The notes beneath the pieces were generated by a model. It searched no databases, was not told where the DNA came from, and saw only the letters and a list, made by a program, of their open reading frames with translations. From Marsupella aquatica (lineage: Eukaryota > Plantae > Marchantiophyta): DNA of 64,000 bases. The stretch lies in assembly GCA_973895155.1 (NCBI GenBank), contig OZ316894.1, positions 8,580,234 through 8,644,233 of the forward strand, given 5' to 3'. Below, piece by piece: positions 49,001 through 60,399 of the stretch. Each line of letters opens with the position of its first letter. Position 1 is the first letter of the stretch. The position numbers and the translations under genes are program-made.

Positions 49001-51888
49001 AGAACACCTCAAACTGATACAGAGGTCCAATGACTCATCCACCTGACTTGTATGATGGAGTAGTCACCCAACTCTTTTGCCGATGCTGCAACAGTCACTC
49101 GATCACATGTACCTGCAGCCAATGCTCCATCGATAATCAACATGACTGGACCACAACCTCATGAACATGCACCAAGAGGAGACGCCCACTTGGAGCAAGC
49201 AACCGACAACCAAGGAGAAGGAGGTCTGTGACTCCTTCCAACCCCCCTCAACCTGTCTTGGTAAGGACCACAACCAAACCATCTATACCCGAGGAGAGAG
49301 AGGCAATCTCTATCAATTATAATAACACAAGACATATTTGGGACCAAAAAGAAATAAAACCTGGGATAAAATGAGATGAACATTTGCTTTCCACATATCA
49401 CAAGAAATTCAGGAGGATCCACCTGACCCAAAATGATTAAAGAAGCATATAATCAACCAGATTAGCCACAATGGGAGACAACAATCAATTTAGAACTCAA
49501 TTCCTAATATCCACACAGGTCTTCAGACCTATAACTCCTGCCCCACCTAATACACATCTAACAGGGTATAAGTGGACATTCGTAAGAAAGCATAACACCA
49601 AAGGGGAGGTGATAAGGCACAAAGCATGTATAGTCGCATAGGGTTTTACCTAGATCCCTGGCAGGGACTACGACCTTACCTATTCACCAGTGATGGATGC
49701 CACCACATATAGATTTTTAATTGCATTCTCCCTACATAATGGCCTATCAATGCACCAACTGGACATTGTCACAACATACTTATATGGCTATTTAGACACA
49801 ACAATCTAAATGAAGGCCCCACCTGAACTAATAAAAAGAGTGTAATACCACAGTCAAGGAGCATCCACATAAAAATGCAGAAGGTCCTTTTGGAATTCAG
49901 ACAGATTTATCTTACAAAAGACATCACGAGACATTGCATTGACAGCTGTTGCAAAGCAAGGATTTCATCCAAAGGCTTCCAAAACTCACTTTGCAGTCCA
50001 GGTACTTGGCTCCCTTTATGGGCTGAAGTAAAGTGGCCAAACTTGGTATAAACGATTCCAAGTAGAAATGTTTGCATTAGGATTCCAAACCTCAAAGATT
50101 GCTCCATGCTTGTTCATTAAGCGAGAGGTCAGCGAGCTTATCATTATCACCATTTACATGGACGACCTAAATCTATTTGGCACAAGTAGGATCATGTCAG
50201 AAACTATACAACTACGTACTTCAGTGAGTATTTGAAATGAGAGATCTTGGACAAACTACTTTTTGCCTAAGACTGCAGTTTGAACACCTATCACATGACA
50301 TCTTACCCCACCAAGCCACATACACGAAGAAAGTATTGAAGCAATTCAATATTCACAATGCTCAAGCAGTTAAGTCCCCAATGGACATAAGATCCCTAGA
50401 CAGGGACAAGGATATATTTCGCAAGCAAAGTGAAAATGAACCACTGCTTGGTCCAAAGAAGCAATACCTATTTGGCTATAGGGGCATTGATGTTCTTGGC
50501 AAATCAAACTTGCCCTGACATCACTTTCGTAGTGAATTTACTGACCCATTATAGTGCATAGCCGACAATACGACATTAGAATGGAGTTAAGAGGGTTTTT
50601 TGATACCTCTGTGGAACAATAGACACGGGATTACTCTTCCCTGCACAAGCCAATTACACATTAACGGGCTATGCCGATGCAGGGTATTTATCCGACTCAA
50701 ATGATGCAAAGTCACAAATGGGATACATTTTCCAGATGGGCACCACTGCCATCTCCTGGAAAAGCACGAAGCAGACCCTGACAACAACATCTTCAAACCA
50801 CTCGGAGATAATTATCTTATATGAGGCCAACCGTGACTGCATCTGGCTCTGCAACTTAATCAATCAGATCCACGAACACACAGGTATGCAAAAGATATCC
50901 TCAGCCACATTTCTTTATGAGGATAACAGACCCTATGTTGACCAGATTCAGGTTGAGAGACAAGACAAAATACATTGCACCAAAAATTTTCTTTACACAT
51001 GAACAGCAAGGAGAAAACATTGAAGTTAAGTGGATACCCAATCAAAAGAACATGGCAGATCTGTTCACTAAGTCTCTGCCTCCAACCACGCACAGAGAAC
51101 ACACTTAGAGAACACACTTAATCAATAGGTATGTGAAGTCTATCTACTATGATACAGGAAACAAGAAAAATCCTAGGGGGAGCCTTACCTGAAATTGAGC
51201 GAATGGAGAATCCCCAAGTCATGCATGGCGGACGCTCGGGAGTGAACCAATGAAGAGCCTGCACATCGAATGTTGCACTTCGATGTACAATCACAATCTA
51301 CAGGCAACGATCAAGCATCTCCGATGTATAACGGAGATGGTGATCTCCCATTCTAATGTGGGATCCTAATGTGCCAAGTTACAAGAGTACAACTTCAATA
51401 AGAGCTTCTCCCCAACATTGAGCAAATACGACAAACGAACCAGCATTGCCTACCATCTACAACGCAAACAAACACAAAGAAAGCGAGCCTCTAACTGTCA
51501 TTCCTACAACTGTTATCAACAAATACAAAGTTGCAAAATACTACTTCTATTAGTGGATTACTTATGACCCATCTTTAATTAACACTCTTTCCTCACACAA
51601 AGAAAGTAGGGGTGGTTTTAATGAGGTTACATCCCCCAAACTAACTTATTAGAGACATTAAAGTTAAAGACATATATTTCAAGGACTTACCTTTAGTTAG
51701 ACTTGATGTGACTACAACATTTTCTAAAACTGTTACATCCAAGGGGGAGTGTTATATCCCATGGTCAAGTCTAACCTAGACATTGAGTTAACCCATAACC
51801 TTAGGTAGTTACTCCAACCATAACTACCAACATGTATATATGTCCCTTGGAGGAATTGAATCTCACTTCTAGTGTGTAACATTCAACA
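46049..51888 (+). mobile_element. Decayed full-length Ty1/copia element, Bianca-like; LTRs 46049-46186 and 51750-51888
   Basis: 138/139-bp TG..CA LTRs (about 4 substitutions and 1 indel); TSD TGTAA; PBS GTTATCAGCACGA; PPT AAGGGGGAG; frameshifted gag ALSIDDSNYLSWSLDAEAHL, protease VDSGTTHTIL, integrase FLERLHANICGPIEPQSGPFRFFLVIIDAS, RNase H TTSSNHSEII. Confidence 0.92.
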
Positions 51889-53057
51889 TGTAACAAATTT
51901 TGATTTCCATTGTACATACAAAGAGGATGCCCAAATGGATCACAACTAGTCATGCACTTCAATTGGCCTAGCAGATGGACCTTCATGAAACAACTCAAGA
52001 CCACCAGAATATTATTATTCTTGTTTAGTTGTTATCAAGATATACTCTGACTTTGTATTTTTTAATTTGAAACACATGTACACTAAAAGTCAGTGTTTTA
52101 CACTAGGATGCTTAAATATTCTTAAAATGTATAACAGAAAATTTGCCTTCCCACAACAATGACCCCAAAATTTGAAATTGATGCTTCCATGGACCACAAA
52201 GTTGGTCTTTGAAATCCCCCATGGACCTTTGAGTTTACTTGTAATAACTTGGTGCTAGAGGAGTAGGTAAGCCACACTTCCATCAAAGTGACTTTGCATT
52301 TTTGGTCATTTTGGTTGAGTTGGGGCAAATTCTGTAAAAGTAATTTTCATTGTGTCATTATGAAATATTAGAGCTTGTCTCTTTTTTTATGTCTCCTCCT
52401 TCCCTAGTTGCCTTGCAGGTGAATAACTATACTTTATCCTAACACTCATAATCATCCAAATTATAAGCCCAAAATTCACATCGACCACCAAAATGAGCTC
52501 CACGTGAGCACCGTGTCCAACATGGAGGTACATCCGGGTTTCACTTTCACGAAATTCAAAATATGTGATTATTAATAAAGCCCAATCATTTGATAATTAT
52601 TTAATTATTGCGTGAGCGAACTCGGATGGCACCATCATATCGATAAGTCCATAACGGACTATCATCGTAAACAGAGCACCAACGGAAACTATGCCGTGTA
52701 GAATGTCTCCGACCTCAGATGCCGGTGGGCAGTCAGTGTACCGTAGTCACGCACGTAAGACGGTTTAGTACAAACCGTATGTCTTTGCTCTGTCTCCAAT
52801 TCGACTCTGTAGACTCTACATTCTACAATGCTCCCAACGAAGCATTCGGAAACAGAGGAGGAGCTCTGGCCGGGGAAGCACCCTGATCACGCGAACGTTT
52901 CCCCAGGTCGATTCTGCGAGAGTGTGTGCACTTCTCCTCCGGTCAACGTTCGTTCTTCGTTCTCCTGGACTGGCTGGGCGGATTAATTTGAGCCTCTTCT
53001 TCTGTGCTGTCGGTGCTGAATCTCATCATGCGTTGTCAGCTCGATCTCGGTAAGGTT

Positions 53058-53087
53058 TGGTGTGGTGTGGTGTGGTGTGGTGTGGTG
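53058..53087. repeat. (TGGTG)n microsatellite at the start of a probable 5' UTR intron
   Basis: tggtgtggtgtggtgtggtgtggtgtggtg just after the CG|GTAAGG donor at ~53050. Confidence 0.85.
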
Positions 53088-54232
53088 GGGCGCGGGTGTG
53101 GTTGTGTTGTGCACGCGTTAGTTCGTTTGTAGGATTGCTAAGTTACCGTCAAAGAAGGCGGAGATGTGAGCTATGAGAGAAAGAGAGAGGGAGAGAGATG
53201 CTAGGCAGTTTCATTTTCTTTCATCTTCAAACTCTCTCGCTGTGCTGAGTGATCTCGTGGACTTTGGATAGCTTTGTTGGAATGTTGTCAGATAGAATGA
53301 TCTCAATTGCCCAATCAGAACAGCTGGCTGGAGGGTGAAGTCATGGACTACCGTTGATTCTTTTGGATGCTCATACCGAGAGCTTGTCATATGATAGTGC
53401 TATAAAATATGTAACCGCACATGTTGCTGAGCGCAGACTGATGTGTAATTGAATGTAAGTTACGTATACAATTGAGTTATGAATGTAAGTAATTGCAGTC
53501 CCTCATTGTTTGAACTCCCAGACACTGTCAACTCCCGAAAATTTGGTGAAGGTGGAATGCTTTTCCATCGGCTTGGTTTGTAGGGATACTGAAAGAGACA
53601 ACGAGTTTCGGCATGGATTGGGGTGGGGGGACGGTTTAACGTGTACGGTAAATAGTCCTCGCCTGTGAGTAATTGTGATGCTCAACCCAGAAGGCCTGCT
53701 GGTTAGGAGATACCATTTCTTTTGGCTGACGGTTGTGACTTCATTCTTTGCAGCACACTCCGCCTCTTGCTGCTGCTCAATTTGTGGGGACAGCTGTAGC
53801 CTTCCTCTGGGTCCGTGTAGATGAATTCAGGATTTCCAATTGCCTCCTGAAGTGTGACACCCCAAGCATTGCCGAGCAACTTATCCGCAAAACGGTTGTA
53901 CCAGGCTTGAATTAATGCCTCACGCATCGTAGATAGGAGGGCGAAGGAATTTGGTTTCTATCTTTATAGTTGAAGCACAGATCGGAATGATCAAAAGGGA
54001 CGAGGTCATTTGCTGAGTAAGAATTTGTGACAGCACCGGACGGGAAATGTTTGGTAGAAGAGTATAAAATGAAATTCTGTCATAGGATTTAGGCCTGCAA
54101 TACAGGTAGTTTCGAAGAAACGTTTATGAATGCGACAGGACGCGGTAGGAGGAGTGAAGCATTTGTGGAATGGTAGAGCTAGACGTTTACCCGGGAGAGG
54201 ATCCAGTTGCCTGATCAGGAATTTGAGGAGTC

Positions 54233-55932
54233 ATGGGAAACTGCCTGTCGACCAGCGACTATGTTACTCCGAGGCCTTCCTTGTTGCTGCCGGATCCTTG
54301 TGGGCCGTCGACTTTCTCAGCTTCACGAAATTGGTTCATGTCCAACAATTTTAACGTCTATCAGGGTGTCGAAGACAATGCGGCTCTCTGGCTCTTTCTT
54401 CACGTGAAGGGAAGTCCCAACGGAGACAACGATTCGTATTTTGTCCTTGAGAATTTCTGGTACGCAATCTTGTACCGTTGTGTTGTGAGGCTTTGGTCGT
54501 GAGATACAGAGCTGTACCTGATCTGTATACTTCCATGAGGTCCCACGCTGCATAGGATTATGTTCTGTTGGTTTTCTGGTCTGCAAAGCACGCTCTCAGA
54601 CCTGGGTGTGCTCAATTCGGTCACATCATGCGATGCTCCACAAGTGACAGTGTGGAGTAGTTTTACAACGAGGTCTATAGTCCAAATTCGATAGCTCTGC
54701 AGTTGCGTGACTCGAAGGCTCAAGCTCTATCCACTTGCTCTCCTCCGTTGAAAAGATAAGCAGGCAACATGAAACCCAGCTTTTTTCAATAGGAAGTTAT
54801 GAGAGTTTGTTCCGTGGTAACCCCCGTCGTGAGAAGCTCCCTAATCGCTCTCTCTGGCTCTAATAGCTTCAGCCACTGCAACAGAGCTGAATCAGTTTGT
54901 TCTCCTTTAAATGTGTCGTAGAGGCCCTCACTGTTGTTATGGGCAGTCGAAGTCTCGCATTAATCATCCAGACAGTAGAGCTGGAATGCCCACAATTGCA
55001 TTATGATAGCTTCTCGGGATTTCCAATTGTGTTTTAGTAGGAGGTTTGTGTCCTGATATTTACTTGTAAACTTGACGGGACTCAGACCAAGTCGGTAATA
55101 TGTCGAGATTGTCAGACTGGCCGGGGAGGGAGAATGGATCTTTCTTGCAGGTCTAGAGATAAGGTTACAGCTGCTCCATACTTCCTGTCCCATCTCTTCA
55201 TGGTTACTTGTGGCGTTGAAGTTATTCGTTCCCTGTTTAGCTCACCACAAGTAGTTCTATGCCGATATTGTGAAACTACTGGCCTTGTAGGCAAATGTAC
55301 TAATAAATGATGTGTTCTCCAGGAGACCACCATTTTCAGAGGAAGGTGATGTAATATGCTGGTGTCATTTGCCAGCTTATCAACGAAATCAGGCTTACCA
55401 GAGTTCTGGGTACGAGGAATACGGGATCTCACCAGACTTGGTCTCTGAAGTCTATTGGTCTGATACTCAATTCGCTGATGAGCCCAGTGCTGTTCCAATG
55501 GTGCACTGGAAGCGTAAGGAGTGGAGTTTCTCAGTGCGGCTAGGGTTTTACAGGGATCGGTACATGGAGGAACCTCTGGGTGTACTTGATATTTCCAGCA
55601 AAGGTTGGGTCATCAGGAAAACTGGTGGTCCTGGCAAGAGTTTTATCCAGCCAAAGAAGGAAGCTCGTGATGTTCGATATGTATTCAAAGATAAGCTTGG
55701 ATTGCGGTTCCCAATCGAACTTGAAGCCGATTTAAAAGGGAACGTTTCATTTGAAAGTGGCCATTTCGGCTGTCTCGTGAGTCGTGAGCAGGGTTGGGCT
55801 GGTGACAAACGGGTTATTGTGACGACCAAAGCCGGCTATGATCCCAGCCTTGCGTTCTTGGTTTCGTTTGTCTGTTCGACTGTTCTCTCCCCAGACGATA
55901 TTGCTACGAATTTGCGGCATTCTAAGCTTTGA
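54233..55932 (+). CDS. Uncharacterised 278-aa protein, probable LURP-one/tubby-C (scramblase-like) fold with N-terminal acylation motif; exons 54233-54459, 55323-55932
   Basis: MGNCLS start; TG|GTACGC donor and TTCTCCAG acceptor join in frame; beta-strand-rich body ending VTTKAGYDPSLAFLVSFV, like the LURP-one terminal helix. Family call is inference. Confidence 0.65.
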
Positions 55933-58101
55933 GTCGTGCTGCCTTTGCCTTCAAATTTTGGAGGGTGATACAGAAGATAGCAGAGGTTTTCTGTACATCG
56001 CGCTCATATGCCAACTCTGGAAAGTAGTTTATCATTCATAGCAAACAGATCTGAACCCATCATACAGGGTAAGGATGAGACAGGTAAATGTAGACTAGCT
56101 TGGGCCTGTCATTCAACGTAATTTCTGTATGGACTGCAGGTTACGGGTGTGTAACCATTTTCGGAGGTACCTGCTATTCCCATAATCTCTTGCCCGGAAG
56201 TAACCTTTTTCCGGACACTAATGACGTACTATAATGGAGGTATGGGCAGGGGTTCTAGCCTGAACCCTGCTCCAAGAAATCTCAGAAAAGCTTCCCGGTT
56301 GCTGCCGGTCAAGGTTTCCCCACTTTCTGGTCACAGGATTACAGGCTAGTAACACCGCCATTATCCTAAACAGAATTGGTCCCATCTAGTTTTGAAACTG
56401 TTCTAAATTTAAGGTTGCATGTTCGCACAGGCTACAAGGTACTATTGCCACGGGGCGTTTATAATTATGAGCAAACTGTGAATGCTGGAGACCAAAAGGC
56501 CTTTGCAATTGGAGACGGTAGACTTTGGTAGGTTACCTTGTACATAATATGAAATCGTCAGATTAGGGCAGCATTCTGCAAGCACATGGAATCTGACCAG
56601 TATTGAAACGTTTATTTACATCGATCGTGTGGTAGGGATGGCCTTTCGTCATGAAAGATCTTTTGCCGTGAAGTATCTTTGTCCTGTGACGGTTTTTTTC
56701 TGGGCTTTGCGAATGAGTGGTGGGATGGGAGACTGTTTTGGGGGGCTGGCTGAGATCGAATTCTACCGTGGTGCAATTTGTTCTGAGTACTTCCTGTTAT
56801 AAACCTGGCTCCTATCCTGGCTGAATAGTAAATCAGCTCCTGTCTGCCCTCGACGATCACAGAAGGCAACGTGGTCATTTAGAATAATGTGAACAATACT
56901 TCAAACGGGGTGTCAGGCTCGTTCTCGTAAACTGAATTGCCACAGGTAGATGAACTGTGAAATCCTGTCTAGTGTCTATGCATAGCTCATCGGCGCACTT
57001 CACTGTCCCTCTAAAGAACATGCAGTACGCAATCTGGTCACTTGCAAGGTGAACAATACTTTCTCCTGCATGCCAAGCTTGTTCTCCCAAGCTAAGCTGC
57101 CAGATAGGAGGAGGCACGTGTCAAAATTAGGACCGTGCAGGAACCACCTATCATACTATTGCCTTGTGAAAGTGACGGTGGTAAGTGTTCTGGGGGAATT
57201 GTAGCCGTGTGTTATGAGCTTTCCAACTGAAATTACAAAAAATTGTTCCTAGTTCGAGTGACTCCTAAGACCTGTCATCAATTTCGATTTCATCTTTGTG
57301 TATTACTTTTACTCATCTTGGACACTTGTCGAAATATAAAAACATTACTGGCTTAGCAGGAAAGGATATGGGTTCCAACGATCACAACCAGTTGGCGCAA
57401 TCTGGAATTATCATGTCCAACATTCGACCCTTTGAGACAAATTACACCTGGCAACTTAGCGACATTACCTAAGAGCTTGTCCCCGTTATAAGTTGACGAG
57501 CACAAGCCTCATTCAGTTTCGTACCGAGCAAAAGTTTTTTCTCTGTTTTTTTATGTGGCTGACGATTGTCTTGTTTGTCCACAACGAAAATACTTTTTTG
57601 TCTAGCCCCCAAGGGCAGTGCCTGGGCAATGTGCACAACGCATATGAACTAATGATTTTCTTTGATGCTCGTTTGGAAGGTGCACGTTTGTTTCAAGGTC
57701 ATCGAGTTGTATGGCGACGGCATCTCACAGCTCTTGTCCTTGCCAGCTTCCATTGAATGCAACAAATGCGAGACGCATTTGCTGTGCAAGCCACGTTGAA
57801 AGCTTCTGATGCGATGTCTATTAGGAATTGTTTAGCAGGGTAAAAATACAAAAGGACTTCCCTCGTTACACGAATACACCAAACACAACAAAATAGTCAC
57901 TCTTGCTCAGTATTGAAATCACATGTACTGTACAAGGTTGATTGGTATCAAATGCTACACATTCTGATTCAGTCGTTCCATGGATTCAAGCCTTCTAGAG
58001 GGACATGGCTATAGCTAAAATATCCTTCTCGACTGAGATAAGTCCGAACTAATCTATTTTTGAAAGACAGGATTCAAGCCGCTTTCCATCAACCCGGTGG
58101 T

Positions 58102-59298
58102 TTAGATTGGCTTGATTTTGAAATGCAAACCGATCAGTGAAAAGACGAAACATTTGAGATCCTGGATCACACAATCAAAACTTGTGTGAGAACAATGTGC
58201 ACAATTAATGAGGAAATACTGAAAGCAAATACGTAGAAGTATCCGAGGGCAAGGTCCATCAGACAGACATCAGATATGTGGGAGTAACTTTGCGGCCAGC
58301 TCAACAACCGCAATCCATCATGACAGAGTGTCTTCGTGACGCACCTTAAGACTACAAATCCCTCCATGTCTCTAACCGAGTAACATCCCGAATTATTTAT
58401 CATCAGCTCTCATCTATAGGCAAAAGACTAAACAGCTCAGAAAATACCTGTACAAGGTAGTAGAAGATTCGAAGTCCCTCTGGATCTTTGCTGCTTTGTA
58501 CATCTAGGAGAGAGCCGATTTTGGAAGTCGTGAACGAAATGTGCTCATTCCCCATGACAATCTCAAGCTCCTGGCGCCCAATTCTGTCAGGCTCGGGCCA
58601 GTTGTTGTCATCTTCTTTCATTATCTATTCAAAAGAAACGGGGACTCGTTAGCACATCGGAAACAGCCAACTGTTCAGCTTCAGATTATCGACACTCTTT
58701 CCAATGATTCTTTCTTGATGCAGCTAAACCCTAGGAAAGACGAGAAAAGTGCACATGGTATGGCATTTCATTTCAAAGAGGAAGAGAAATGTGCGTAACG
58801 GCAAAACTTGAGAACCTCGACAAGTTCGTCCAGTGAAATCGATGGTTGGCATCATGAAAAAATAGTCTGTTCCAGTCTGCTCGGGGAGCCTCCCGCCTCC
58901 AAGCTAAAGCTCGCAACAAGCTCGTAAATCGAAACCAATTCTCAAGCAAACGCCGGCTCATTGATTTCTCACAAAAGTCATCACTCTTCATCATTACAAA
59001 ATTGGAAAGGCGTTGTCATTTGACACAAATGCAGTTCCAACCCGAAAGCAGAAGAAGAAGGAGAAGAAGCGAAATACGCGCTTACCTCGCTGTCGGCAAT
59101 GATGCGGCGGCATTCTCGCAGTGACGCTTGTGACAGATAGAGCTCCTTCCGGATGATCGTGTCGTTCTTGTAATTGGAGTTGTTGGCGTACCTAAGCTTT
59201 CCGTCGGGTCGAAACTCGAATTCCAAAAACTCGTGCCCGAATTTCCCCTTATGCCCCACGTAGTAGCGCACATAGAACTCGCCTGCCTCCTCCGCCAT
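58102..59298 (-). CDS. MAGO: Mago nashi, exon-junction-complex core protein, 149 aa; exons 59298-59086, 58624-58448, 58161-58102
   Basis: [39 protein letters not shown]...[13 protein letters not shown]...[19 protein letters not shown]. Confidence 0.97.
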
Positions 59299-59446
59299 GG
59301 TCCCGAAACAAAAGCTCCACTCGAACCGGTTGGGACAAGCAAAACCGTAGTAGTGAGGCAACCAACCCTAATGTGCAATTCTCTTGCTCGCTAAAATGAG
59401 TTTTGCGTTTCCCTCGCTGTAGAGGTCGAATGGAAGCCCACTACTC

Positions 59447-59540
59447 GGCACTTTACCGGGCCTACCGTTTACCGGGCCTACCGTAGGACTCCGTATACAG
59501 TTGGCACTTTACCGGGCCTACTGTAGGACTCTGTATAGAG
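59447..59540. repeat. Nested short duplications in the MAGO upstream region
   Basis: TTTACCGGGCCTAC(C/T)GT x3; GGCACTTTACCGGGCCTAC..TAGGACTC.GTATA x2. Confidence 0.75.
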
Positions 59541-60399
59541 TAGGGCGTCTCAAATATTGAAGAAAAAACACCGGGGTGTCCCGCGATGCACTTGGGCACA
59601 CCCAAACTGCGTATAGTCGGGCAGTGATATTTTGGGGCTCCTCGGATTTGAGAGAGGTCGCGACAATGTGTGAAAATTGCAAGGTGTGTCAATGAACACA
59701 CTGAAATTGCGTCCGCTCCTCGTAGCAGTTGGCCCTTAGTTTTGTTCATGACTCTGGGGCGTGACTTGATGGGCATCACATTTGGTGCCTGACCAGTTGG
59801 TCCCGCTGCCCCAAGTCACAATCCTCCCGGACGAGGTCATGTACTAAAATTCATTGTATTTTAGATGCCCTAGTGCAAATATGGCATGGAGTTACCAAGC
59901 AAAAAAGCCCGAGTGAGTTTTTGCACAACATTCAGTTCAGTTTGACATAGGAAAAGTCTGATCCGTCACTATCTGCCACTTGCACTTTATTCTATTTCTC
60001 ATTCAAATTTCATAATCCCCAGGCCAGGCTGGCCAAGGGGTTCCGTGGTTTCACATGGGGGTAATGCTTCATCACCTTGTCCACACATACAAAAGAAAAA
60101 TTCAGGAAGGGTTTACTTTCTCTATATATCATTCTATTTCACGAGAGAGATTTATGGTTGTTTTGCATGTCAATAACCCTTCAAATGTGGCCGTTTATGG
60201 ATTTGTTGATAATATGCTGCTCTTACCCTCTAGTACGTGTTGTTTGCGCTAAGGAGACCGTGTCCCTGGTCTGTCATTACGTCTAGGATAATGACGGTCT
60301 GGTCGACTGTTACTGTCTAGGTCCACCTGGAGTTGCATGGAGTGGGGAGTGACTGATATCCTTTTTGAGTTTGTGTTTGTCCATGCGAGTTGCAATAGC

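Noticed and set aside
53703-53927. ORF with QAWYNRF resembling a copia RT motif
   Set aside because: No flanking RT motifs; short, antisense, and within a probable UTR intron.
39403-59298. AFC kinase and MAGO as a splicing gene cluster
   Set aside because: They are ~14 kb apart with a retroelement and an unrelated gene between; nothing beyond coincidence.
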